A stretch of 64,000 nt of DNA from an uncultured Bacilli bacterium (GTDB lineage Bacteria; Bacillota_I; Bacilli_A; RF39; UBA660). The translations under genes were made by a program, and so were the position numbers. Within the stretch, counting starts at the first letter, position 1, and every line of letters starts with the position of its first letter. The stretch spans positions 41,293 through 105,292 of the forward strand of contig CAKOLB010000002.1 of NCBI GenBank assembly GCA_934096125.1, read 5' to 3'. Below the pieces are notes generated by a model, which worked only from the letters and a program-made list of their open reading frames with translations, did no database searches and had not been told where the DNA came from. This document shows positions 49,303 to 58,760 of the stretch, one piece after another.

Positions 49303-49669
49303 TTTTAAGTATATTCCTTATCTCTTCTAGCACTTTAAGTTCATCTTTTTCTTCTTTAGTTTTCTCTTCCTTTTTAGGCATTATTTTATTTAAAGTTTTA
49401 ACTATTAAAAATAAACAAAAAGCTACGATTAAAAAGTCAATAACACTTTGAATGAAAGCTCCATACATTATTTTAGTTTCTTTAAATGTAATGGAAAGAT
49501 TAGAAAAGTTTACTCCCCCCATAATAAGGCCTAAAATTGGGGTAAAAATGTTATTTACAAGACTAGTTACAATAGATGAAAAAGCTCCTCCGACGATTAC
49601 TCCGACTGCTAAATCAAGGACATTACCCCGAGCAATAAATTTTTTAAATTCTTTAAGCATATCAATCAC
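49283..49669 (-). CDS. mscL: large-conductance mechanosensitive channel
   Basis: MLKEFKKFIARGNVLDLAVGVIVGGAFSSIV... Confidence 0.85.
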   Translation of the reverse strand: MIDMLKEFKKFIARGNVLDLAVGVIVGGAFSSIVTSLVNNIFTPILGLIMGGVNFSNLSITFKETKIMYGAFIQSVIDFLIVAFCLFLIVKTLNKIMPKKEEKTKEEKDELKVLEEIRNILKNDVQNK

Positions 49670-49736
49670 TTCCGTATTTATTTTATCATTTATTATAGGA
49701 AAAAACTAGTAATTTTGGTTATAAAAAAAGAGCTTT

Positions 49737-50225
49737 CTATCTTTGAATAAGAAGAAAGTTTAGGAAGAATAGATAAGCAGAACCAACCGTGAGAGGGATT
49801 TTATATTTAGTACACTCTTTAATAGCTATAGTTTTATCAGCCCATGATACAAGCCATGACTCTTTATATTTGGGAAGAATATTTCCCGCTGGGAACATAT
49901 GAGAGTTAATGATATTTTCTTGTTTTTTGGTAAGTTTAAAATGTTTCCGAGCATTTTCCAAAGATTTCTTCGGATGATTTACAAAGCTATTGTGGGGAAC
50001 TTCAGAATTTTTAAAAAAATCATGTAAAAGTGCTGCTCTTGTTGTTTCAGCACATGACTTAATCCCTAGTTTTTGACAAGTTGCAAAGGTCAGTTTGGCA
50101 ACACTTAAGCTATGGTCAAGTCTTGATATACCATGATGCATTTCATATTTCAAAGAAATAAATTCTTCATTTTTTAATATATCACTAATTATTTTATTAA
50201 ATTCCATTTCATTATTAATTGTCAT
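49737..50225 (-). CDS. HD-domain phosphohydrolase
   Basis: H..D metal-binding pattern (HHGISRLDHSLSVA, LLHDFFK). Confidence 0.6.
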   Translation of the reverse strand: MTINNEMEFNKIISDILKNEEFISLKYEMHHGISRLDHSLSVAKLTFATCQKLGIKSCAETTRAALLHDFFKNSEVPHNSFVNHPKKSLENARKHFKLTKKQENIINSHMFPAGNILPKYKESWLVSWADKTIAIKECTKYKIPLTVGSAYLFFLNFLLIQR

Positions 50226-50290
50226 TTTTCATCACCACTACATTATATCATAACTTTTAAAAATGGTTTCATTATTCTTAAATATTTTAC

Positions 50291-50809
50291 TTAAAATTTA
50301 CTTTTATCATCTAAAATTTTTAATATTTTTTTCTGATTACTGTTTATCTCTTTCATCTGTTCATGTAAGACTTCCAAAATTAACTCACTTTTTAAATCGG
50401 TTTTGTAATCATTTAAACTTCGCATGGAGTCTTTTTTAGCTGCTCTATTTTGACTCATCATAATGATTGGAGCTTGAAGAGCGGCAATACATGATAAAAT
50501 TAGGTTAAGTAAAATAAAAGGATATGGGTCAACTTTTAAAATCAAAAGGTAATTAACAACCATCCAAAATATTAAAAAAAGGCAAAAAACCATGATAAAA
50601 CCCCAAGAACCGGCAAGTTCAGTGACTTTATCAGCCATTTTATCACCAAATGTTCTCTTCTCATCTTCTTGTTTATCAGAGTCTATAGCGATGGGACTAT
50701 CGATAAGCATCTCCATAAGCTCACTTTCATCTGTTATATTTAACTCTTGATTTAAAAGTTTACGAACTATCTCTTTTTTTATCTCATTTTTCATTTGTTT
50801 AACCTCCAT
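50291..50809 (-). CDS. DUF1003-like membrane protein
   Basis: Central 2-TM hairpin and C-terminal coiled coil; family call is from memory only. Confidence 0.4.
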   Translation of the reverse strand: MEVKQMKNEIKKEIVRKLLNQELNITDESELMEMLIDSPIAIDSDKQEDEKRTFGDKMADKVTELAGSWGFIMVFCLFLIFWMVVNYLLILKVDPYPFILLNLILSCIAALQAPIIMMSQNRAAKKDSMRSLNDYKTDLKSELILEVLHEQMKEINSNQKKILKILDDKSKF

Positions 50810-51432
50810 CTGTAATGGCCCTCTATTTTCTCACGAAATAGACCATCATCTTCATAATTATTTTTCCCATCGTGATGCAATATATAGTAAATACCATCTT
50901 TATTTTTCTTAGTACTTATAATTGCTATATCATTTTTATATACAATTATATCCCCTGGATAAAAATCTTTATCTTTACTTAAGCTTTCTACATTTCTTTT
51001 TAAGTAAGTATCAATTAAATATATTTTTCGAAAACTGCTATCATTTACTTTAACGTTACCGTACTTATCAGGACTTGTTTTTATATCTTCCTCAAGCAGT
51101 TTCTTAAAGTCATACCCAGCATTTTGCAAAGAATACCACAAGATATCACTAGAAACATAATATGGACCAGATGGATATCCTCCGTCATAATATTCATCTT
51201 TATATTTAGGCATAAGAGAAATAAACTTTATAGCTCCATCAAGGATATCTTGATAATCAGTTATACCATCTTTGTCGTAGTCTACTTTATCTATAACACT
51301 ATCAGTACTCGTATCTTTGGAAAATAACCGCTCAAACTTACCATTATGATGTAATGAGATAACTGCCAGTAATATAATAAGAAACAACACAATTAAATGA
51401 CCAAACTGCAAAAACAACTTCATTTTAATCAC
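50791..51432 (-). CDS. hypothetical membrane-anchored protein
   Basis: 213 aa, N-terminal TM. Confidence 0.4.
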   Translation of the reverse strand: MIKMKLFLQFGHLIVLFLIILLAVISLHHNGKFERLFSKDTSTDSVIDKVDYDKDGITDYQDILDGAIKFISLMPKYKDEYYDGGYPSGPYYVSSDILWYSLQNAGYDFKKLLEEDIKTSPDKYGNVKVNDSSFRKIYLIDTYLKRNVESLSKDKDFYPGDIIVYKNDIAIISTKKNKDGIYYILHHDGKNNYEDDGLFREKIEGHYRWRLNK

Positions 51433-51507
51433 TACTCCATATTCTCAATTGTATCATATATCTAAATATTTGGACATAAAAAAATTCTCGAAAGAGAATT
51501 TTAAGGA

Positions 51508-52020
51508 TTAAGAGGCTGCAGGTGCTGCACAACTGTCTGTTATATTATTCGAACCATCAGTTACATCATCAGTTGCTACATCTTTTCCATTACCAGCATT
51601 TTTAACATTTAATTTACCATTAGTCATGCTAATTTTATATGTATAAATATTACCAGATTTTGTAACAGTTACACATCCTACATAATCAGTTTTGGCTTTA
51701 AAGAAACCACCAGTAATTAAATCACCAATTTTAACATTTGTTGTTCCACCGTTATCAACTGGCAAAGTTTTAGCATCAGAATCACCGCTCAATGAATTAT
51801 TAGTAAAATATGTTTGAGCAGCTTCAATTGCAGAGTTAGCTTCTAGAGCAAATACTTGTTTACGAGCTTCTGCCATTCTTGGAAGAACTGCTGTTGCAGC
51901 GATTAACATAACGATTGATAAAACTACGATAACTGCTAAGAGTTCAATTAATGTAAACCCATTCTTTCTTAATGCTTTTTTATTATTATCTTTTTTTTCT
52001 ATATCTTTATTCATTTTCAT
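51508..52020 (-). CDS. type IV pilin / pseudopilin-like protein (prepilin N-terminal cleavage-methylation motif)
   Basis: KNGFTLIELLAVIVVLSIVMLIAATAV: class III signal peptide G/FTLIE motif. Confidence 0.75.
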   Translation of the reverse strand: MKMNKDIEKKDNNKKALRKNGFTLIELLAVIVVLSIVMLIAATAVLPRMAEARKQVFALEANSAIEAAQTYFTNNSLSGDSDAKTLPVDNGGTTNVKIGDLITGGFFKAKTDYVGCVTVTKSGNIYTYKISMTNGKLNVKNAGNGKDVATDDVTDGSNNITDSCAAPAAS

Positions 52021-52095
52021 AACACCCTTTCCTATGCTTCAATAATACTATAATTGCGAGCATTAGTCAATGACTTTATTTGCCGGTTGTTGCTT

Positions 52096-52957
52096 CTAAC
52101 TTATCCTAATAGGGTCATCTTTTTGCCCCGTACCTGATGAATATATTGTTGATGCAAAACATACATAATTATCGGGGGTTGGTCCAGAATACCTATATGA
52201 GTCATCGCCTGCTTTTAAGGTAAGTGATGCATCATGATGATATAAACTTACTGCCTGACCGTACTTATTACTTAAAGTTGTAAAGCATGTTGCAAGGTTA
52301 CTCCCGCTTGTGCATCCACTTGTTGCTATTGTATATTGTGAGTCTTTGCCTATTTGCAAAATACCACTGAAACTTTTACCGGCATTACTTATTTAATCAC
52401 TATCTAAATTAACAAGTGTTACTTGCACCTTCCATGTATCTGTTTTACTTGGAGAAGCTGAGATTTCATAGCTTGATTGTGCCTGTATAAGTTGTTATAT
52501 CAAAGCCACTTACTCCACCAGACGTGACATAATTCATGCCATCTAGTTCTGTTACTATCGTCCCATTTGGGTCTGTTAAAGTAAGTAGGATTTCAGCAGA
52601 ATTGCTACTTGTTGAGTATATGAATGGGTTATTTGTAATATTGAAATATACATAGTAATGCTCGGTTGCTTTGTTGGTGGCATTATTAGCTGTAAGCATG
52701 GCTGTTGCTGTTGTACTTTCCGAAACATTTCCTTTCCCACTTGCAAATGATGTTTGGTCTTCTGTTAGGGCGATAGATGAACCCATACTAAAAGATAAGT
52801 TATCAGTTGGGGATGTTTGCACCCGTACAGAGCTATTTGACGTAGCACTACCTTGCGCTACAAAGTAAGCATATGTTGCCACAATAAATAAAGTAAGTAT
52901 TAGAACTATTGTTATAGGTAGTATAACTTTTTTTGATTTCGTAAGTAATTTTCCCAT
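52096..52957 (-). pseudogene. frameshifted TasA-like family member (N-terminal 163-aa and C-terminal 87-aa ORFs in different frames)
   Basis: 52466-52957 encodes ...ATYAYFVAQGSATSNSSVRVQTS...FDITTYTG. 52096-52359 encodes ...TSGCTSGSNLATC...DDSYRYSG..DNYVCF..DPIRIS. The 52360-52465 segment is out of frame. Confidence 0.65.
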
Positions 52958-53043
52958 TCTTTTTCATTATAAACAATATAAAAAAGAATTTATGTTAGCT
53001 ATATACTCACATAATTATTGATAGCAAAATATTACAATTATTA

Positions 53044-53301
53044 TGGTGAAAGAGATGATGCAGATAGAATATGATAACGATATTTATAATACTATTCGAA
53101 AAAATATCGCATAATAAGAAATATCACATCTGCAGAGCTGGCAGAAATGGTTGATTTATCCCATGATTTTATCAGGCAAATTCAAAGTGATAAAATAGCT
53201 AGCAATTTCTCAGTTGAAACTTTTTATAGAATAGCTAAAGCTTTAGATGTTTCACTAGATGATTTAATTCAAAAAAATATTTGGCTACTTAAAGATATCT
53301 A
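53044..53301 (+). pseudogene. XRE-family HTH regulator gene with an apparent +1/-1 frameshift near the 5' end
   Basis: Frame 1 MVKEMMQIEYDNDIYNTIRKNIA*; shifted frame ..IIRNITSAELAEMVDLSHDFIRQIQSDKIASNFSVETFYRIAKALDVSLDDLIQKNIWLLKDI* (complete Cro/C1 HTH). Confidence 0.45.
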
Positions 53302-53506
53302 AAATGTTACTAACAAGGTCAATGTTATCGATAACCTTCTCTATTTTGTCACTAGTCCTTTCTTTATATTTACTTTTCATTTCTTTAACAAACATTTCAT
53401 AATTCATCTCTCCTCGGTTTAAATATTTTATATACTGGGAGTTTTCCTTTAGAAGTTCGTAGCTTTTAGGGTCGTTTTTAAATGCTATGATATCTTTAGT
53501 AGTCAT
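53285..53506 (-). CDS. hypothetical small protein (paralogous to the next ORF)
   Basis: NRGEMNYEMFVKEMKSKY vs upstream KSGEMSWQKFYEIYDLY. Confidence 0.4.
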   Translation of the reverse strand: MTTKDIIAFKNDPKSYELLKENSQYIKYLNRGEMNYEMFVKEMKSKYKERTSDKIEKVIDNIDLVSNILDIFK

Positions 53507-53880
53507 TAGTCTTCAAAAAATTTATTTAAAGGTCTTGGACTTACTGGACCTTTATTTAGAGAGTTTATCGCATTTATTGGACTTTCTTTTTTGGTTAAAT
53601 CTTGCATAAAGTCAATAGCTTTTTGGGCTGTATTAACGTGATTTTTAATCGAGTTAACATCCACATTTTTAACCATATTAGTTATTTTATTAATGCTGTC
53701 AAAAGCACTTTCTCTATTTCCTAAAACGTATTTATTCCAAACATCACTATTTTCTCCATATAAATCATATATTTCATAAAATTTTTGCCAAGACATCTCG
53801 CCACTTTTCACATAAGAGATAAGTTCAGGTTTTGTTTTAATAAATTTTTTAAATTCTTCATGTTTCATGTTTATCACCAC
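53506..53880 (-). CDS. hypothetical small protein
   Basis: 124 aa; shared motif with 53285-53506. Confidence 0.4.
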   Translation of the reverse strand: MVINMKHEEFKKFIKTKPELISYVKSGEMSWQKFYEIYDLYGENSDVWNKYVLGNRESAFDSINKITNMVKNVDVNSIKNHVNTAQKAIDFMQDLTKKESPINAINSLNKGPVSPRPLNKFFED

Positions 53881-53921
53881 TAAAATATTATGTTAGAAAT
53901 GAAAAAAAGTGCATAATTGCA

Positions 53922-56414
53922 CTAAATTTTAAAATCATCAATGAAACTTGCAAAAGATAATTGTTCTTCCCCTTTTTTCTCTTTTCTTTCATCAAGCTTT
54001 ATTTCTTTTATTTCCTTTTCATCTTTTTTAGAGAAACTTTGGCCATCTGCATATTTACTAAAGAAATCATATGAGAATTTAACACTACTACCAGTGCTTG
54101 ATAAATCCATGATAGGAATATCAGCGTTTTTAAGTTCTTTAGTCTCTTGACCATCTAAATAGATGTTTGTATCTTTAGCATTTGTTAGATAAGCTATAGC
54201 AATTTTATAATCTTTAGTTTTCATTTTCTTATAAAGCATGCTGCCCTTTTTAGCGCGAGAAGATAAACTTAAATCACTTACTTTAACTCTTTTAACAGTT
54301 TGATAATTTGTAAAGATGTTTAAATATTCTTCATCATATAAACTACTTGCATAAATACATTCATCATCTTTTAAATTAATTCCTTTTACGCCACTTGCCT
54401 TTGTTCCTACCACCGGAATTTCACTAGCATCAAATAATAGATAGAAACCATTTTTAGTGACAATAAGCTCTTTATCATTAGAAAGACTGGCACTAATTAA
54501 CTCATCATTTTCTTTTAGTTTAATCGCTGTTAAGGCTTTAGAGTATCTAGTAACTATAAAGTCTTTTAACATAACTTGTTTAACTAAGCCATTTTTAGTA
54601 CATAAAGTAAGTTTTTGATTTTCGTTATTTAATATAATACTGCTAACTATTTTTTCATTTTCTTTCATAGTAATAGTATTACTAATGTGTTTACCTAGCT
54701 CTTTCCATTTCGTTTCGGGAATTTTGTAAATTGGAACATATAAGTAGTTGCCAAGATTTGTGAAAAGAAGCAGAATATCTTTAGTTGTTGTAAAGTATCT
54801 ACCTGTTACAAAATCACTAGGTTTAAGAGTTGTTTCTTCATCTTTTTTATAACTTTTTAAATTAACTCTTTTAACATAACCATCACTTGTTACTACTACT
54901 ACAACATTTTCTTCAGGGATCATTTCTTTTGCATCAACTTTAATATCGATAATTTCATCTCTAATTTCAGTTTTTCTTGGAGTAGCATAATTTTTCTTAA
55001 TTTCTCTAAGTTCGGCTTTCATAACACTTTTTAATTTATTTTCATCATGCAAAATACTTTCACACTCGGCGATAAGTTCTTTTAGCTTTTCGCATTCTTC
55101 TTGAAGGGCTAAAATATCGGTATTAGTTAAGCGATATAGTTGCAAAGTAACAATTGCTTCTGCTTGTTCTTCAGTAAAGCCAAAAGTTTTAACTAAATTT
55201 TCTTTAGCGTTTGCTTTATTTTTACTTTCTCTTATGACTTTTAATACTTCATCTAAAATGGATATTGCTTTAATTAAACCAAGAGAAATATTATAGTTTT
55301 TCGTATAATAAGCAAGGTCAAATTCAGCCTTTTTAGTTATAACACTTTTTTGATGAGCAATATAAGCATCTAAAATTTCCAAAATGCCTAAAGTTTTAGG
55401 AGTTCTATTAACAATTGCTACCATGTTATAGTTGTAAGATATTTGCATATCGGTATTTTTAAGAAGATATTTTAAAATTAAGTCTTTGTTGGCCCCATTT
55501 TTTAAATCAATGGCAACCCGTATTCCCGTCCTATCAGTTTCATCACGAACTTCAGCGATACCTTCAATTTTCTTTTCAATTCGAATATTTTCAATCTTAG
55601 ATACCATACTAGCTTTATTTACTTCAAAAGGAATTTCCGTAATTATTATTTGATCTTTTCCCTTTTCCCGATTAAATTCATACTTTGCTTGAACAATGAC
55701 TTTACCACGGCCTTTTGTAAAGGCATCAATTATCCCATTTTTACCAAAAGTAGTGCCACCAGTTGGAAAATCTGGTCCTTTAACGATTTCTAAAATAGTA
55801 TCTAAATAACAATTAGGTGAGTCAATTCTTTTGATGGTAGCATCAATTATTTCTCCAAGATTGTGAGGAGGAATATTGGTTGCATACCCTGCAGATATAC
55901 CACTACTACCATTAACTAAGAGATTAGGAAACTTAGCTGGCAAGACCGTTGGCTCTAAAAAGCGGTCATCGAAGTTTGGAGCCCAAGAAATAGTATTTTT
56001 ATCAATATCTTTTAAAAGTTCTCCACTAATTTTGGATAATCTACTCTCAGTATAACGATAGGCAGCAGCACTATCTCCATCCATTGAACCGTTATTACCA
56101 TGGATATCGATTAAAATATTATTTTGTTTCCACCACTGACTCATCCGCACCATAGCATCATAAACAGAAGTATCACCATGAGGGTGGTATTTACCTAAAA
56201 CATCTCCAACTGTTGCGGCACATTTAACATATGGTTTATCAGCGGTATTACCAGTTTTATACATTGCATAAAGAATTCTTCTTTGCACAGGTTTTAAGCC
56301 ATCGCGAACATCGGGGATAGCTCTATCTTGAATTATCTCTTTAGCATAAGCTGCAAACCGAAGCGACATTATCTCTTCTAAAGAATAGTCTTCAATTTTC
56401 TTTATTATATCCAT
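53922..56414 (-). CDS. parC: DNA topoisomerase IV subunit A (type IIA topoisomerase A subunit)
   Basis: RDGLKPVQRRILYAM, active-site region, ..VRMSQWWK.. resembles ParC rather than GyrA; no QRRGGKG GyrA-box seen in the C-terminal domain. Confidence 0.65.
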   Translation of the reverse strand: MDIIKKIEDYSLEEIMSLRFAAYAKEIIQDRAIPDVRDGLKPVQRRILYAMYKTGNTADKPYVKCAATVGDVLGKYHPHGDTSVYDAMVRMSQWWKQNNILIDIHGNNGSMDGDSAAAYRYTESRLSKISGELLKDIDKNTISWAPNFDDRFLEPTVLPAKFPNLLVNGSSGISAGYATNIPPHNLGEIIDATIKRIDSPNCYLDTILEIVKGPDFPTGGTTFGKNGIIDAFTKGRGKVIVQAKYEFNREKGKDQIIITEIPFEVNKASMVSKIENIRIEKKIEGIAEVRDETDRTGIRVAIDLKNGANKDLILKYLLKNTDMQISYNYNMVAIVNRTPKTLGILEILDAYIAHQKSVITKKAEFDLAYYTKNYNISLGLIKAISILDEVLKVIRESKNKANAKENLVKTFGFTEEQAEAIVTLQLYRLTNTDILALQEECEKLKELIAECESILHDENKLKSVMKAELREIKKNYATPRKTEIRDEIIDIKVDAKEMIPEENVVVVVTSDGYVKRVNLKSYKKDEETTLKPSDFVTGRYFTTTKDILLLFTNLGNYLYVPIYKIPETKWKELGKHISNTITMKENEKIVSSIILNNENQKLTLCTKNGLVKQVMLKDFIVTRYSKALTAIKLKENDELISASLSNDKELIVTKNGFYLLFDASEIPVVGTKASGVKGINLKDDECIYASSLYDEEYLNIFTNYQTVKRVKVSDLSLSSRAKKGSMLYKKMKTKDYKIAIAYLTNAKDTNIYLDGQETKELKNADIPIMDLSSTGSSVKFSYDFFSKYADGQSFSKKDEKEIKEIKLDERKEKKGEEQLSFASFIDDFKI

Positions 56415-56425
56415 TATGTACCTCC

Positions 56426-58333
56426 TTATTTAGCCCGGTAGTTATCTTCAAGGGTAAACTCAACATTTTCATTTATCCACTCTTTCCGTGGCTCAACTTT
56501 ATCCCCCATTAGAACTTGAACTCTTTTTTCCGCTAAAGCAGCATCTAAAATGCGGACGCGTATTAAACTTCTCGTTTCAGGGTCCATTGTAGTTTCCCAA
56601 AGCTGGTCTGCATTCATTTCCCCAAGCCCTTTATATCTTTGAATAGTATATTTACCAGTGTTTTCTTCTTTTATCTTCTCAAGCTCTTCATCAGTATAAG
56701 CATAATAAGTTTTTTTACCATAGTCTAGTTTATATAGTGGAGGCATAGCAATAAATAACTTGCCTTTTTCAATTAAGCCTCGCATGTAACGGTAGAAAAA
56801 TGTTAAAAGAAGAATTTGAATGTGAGCTCCATCGACATCGGCATCGGTCATGATTATAACCTTGTCATAATTAGAGTCTTCAGCGTCAAAGTCAGCACCA
56901 ACACCTGCCCCAATAGTGTGAATTAAGGTATTTATTTCTTCATTTTTTAAAAGTTCTTCCAAACTTGATTTTTCACTATTAATAACTTTTCCTCGCAACG
57001 GCAAAATAGCTTGGAACTTCCGGTCTCTTCCCCCTTTAGCAGAACCACCAGCACTGTCCCCTTCGACTAGAAATAACTCATTTAAACGAGGATTTTTACT
57101 TTGAGCTGGAGCAAGTTTCATCGATAAATTCTTTTCAATTTTGTTTTTATTTTTACCATTTCGAGCTTCTTCCCGTGCTTTTCTGGCTGCTTCTCTTGCT
57201 ACTTTACTTTTCATCGCTTTATCTAAAATATTAGATGCGACTTCTTTATTTTCTTCTAGGAAAAACCTTAAAGCTTCATAAGTTATACTTTCGGTAGTGC
57301 TACGAGCCTCAGGTGTTCCCAGTTTACCTTTGGTTTGACCTTCAAATTGTAAAAGTTCTTCGGGAATTTTTAAACTAATAACAGCAGTTAAACCTTCCCG
57401 GCAATCACTTCCATCTAAAGAGTTGTTTTTCCCTTTAAAGACATTATTATTTTTGGCATACTCATTAAAAGCTTTGGTAATGCCAGTTTTAAACCCAACT
57501 TCGTGAGTTCCCCCATCGACAGTTTTAACATTATTTACAAACGATAAGATATTTTCATTATAGGTATCAGTGTATTGCATGGCAATATCTACTTCAATTC
57601 CATTTTTACTATTACTAAAATTAATAACTTTATTTAAGGTTTTCTTACCCTCATTCATGTAATCAATAAAGCTTGTTAAACCATTTTCATAATGATACTT
57701 GGCACTAAAGTTGTCTTCTTCATCAATTACTTCAATAGTAAGGCCACTTAGTAAAAAGGCACTTTCTTGCATTCTTTCGGCAATAGTTGTGTAAGAGAAG
57801 TTACAGTTTTTAAAGATTTCCTGGTCTGGCAAAAATTTAACGATTGTTCCAGTTTTATTAGTTTTTCCCACTGTATGAAGTGGAGTTTTAACATGACCAC
57901 CATTTTCAAATTCAATCATCGATATTACGCCATCACGATAAATGACAACTTGCATTTCTTTAGATAAGGCATTAACGACACTAGCACCTACCCCATGAAG
58001 TCCCCCAGAAACTTTATAGCCAGCTTCCGAAAACTTACCACCAGCATGCAAAATTGTATATATAACCTCAGGAGTTGATTTTCCAGATTCATGCATCCCA
58101 ATCGGAACACCACGGCCATTATCGGCAACGGTAATACTTTTATCTTTATTAATTATTACTTTAATATGATTACCATATCCATTTATTACTTCATCGATAG
58201 CATTATCCACAATTTCCCAGACTAAGTGATGCATCCCTCTTTTATCTGTTGAACCAATGTACATCCCCGGTCTTTTCCGAACTGCCTCTAACCCTTCTAA
58301 AATCTTAATCGATGTTTCGTCATATTTTGCCAT
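56426..58333 (-). CDS. parE: DNA topoisomerase IV subunit B (type IIA topoisomerase B subunit)
   Basis: Start at MAKYDETSIKILEGLEAVRKRPGMYIGS (RBS AAGGTGA); the ORF-track N-terminal extension lacks an RBS. GHKL ATPase and Toprim motifs (EGDSAGG). Confidence 0.65.
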   Translation of the reverse strand: MAKYDETSIKILEGLEAVRKRPGMYIGSTDKRGMHHLVWEIVDNAIDEVINGYGNHIKVIINKDKSITVADNGRGVPIGMHESGKSTPEVIYTILHAGGKFSEAGYKVSGGLHGVGASVVNALSKEMQVVIYRDGVISMIEFENGGHVKTPLHTVGKTNKTGTIVKFLPDQEIFKNCNFSYTTIAERMQESAFLLSGLTIEVIDEEDNFSAKYHYENGLTSFIDYMNEGKKTLNKVINFSNSKNGIEVDIAMQYTDTYNENILSFVNNVKTVDGGTHEVGFKTGITKAFNEYAKNNNVFKGKNNSLDGSDCREGLTAVISLKIPEELLQFEGQTKGKLGTPEARSTTESITYEALRFFLEENKEVASNILDKAMKSKVAREAARKAREEARNGKNKNKIEKNLSMKLAPAQSKNPRLNELFLVEGDSAGGSAKGGRDRKFQAILPLRGKVINSEKSSLEELLKNEEINTLIHTIGAGVGADFDAEDSNYDKVIIMTDADVDGAHIQILLLTFFYRYMRGLIEKGKLFIAMPPLYKLDYGKKTYYAYTDEELEKIKEENTGKYTIQRYKGLGEMNADQLWETTMDPETRSLIRVRILDAALAEKRVQVLMGDKVEPRKEWINENVEFTLEDNYRAK

Positions 58334-58442
58334 ACTTTCATCACCTTTCTCATTATAACAACACTTTCTCCGTAAAATCAAGAAAAAGGCCCGATAAGTC
58401 AAGAAAAAAATAAAAAGGAAATGCCGGGTATATCGCCGGTGG

Positions 58443-58736
58443 ATGCTTAAAAATGATGTAGATTATAAAGTAACTTTGAAAGCAATTAACAGAAGATTTA
58501 ATAGAAAGTTTTATGGAAATGATAATACTGATCTCTCATGGAAATATTGGCTTTTTCCGGTGATAAATACCGATAAAGGTTTAAAGATAATTGATAGATA
58601 CTTTCAAGAAACCCTTAGATATTTAGTTACAGGTAAATACAGTAAGAAAAACTATAAAACTCTGCCTTATGAAGTGCTTAAGAAGTGTAATTATAAACCA
58701 GTTGTAAATGAATATTATAAAGCAAAAAAGATTTAG
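58443..58736 (+). CDS. hypothetical basic protein
   Basis: 97 aa, Lys/Tyr-rich. Confidence 0.35.
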   Translation: MLKNDVDYKVTLKAINRRFNRKFYGNDNTDLSWKYWLFPVINTDKGLKIIDRYFQETLRYLVTGKYSKKNYKTLPYEVLKKCNYKPVVNEYYKAKKI

Positions 58737-58760
58737 CTTGTCAAAAAGACTAAATCTTTT

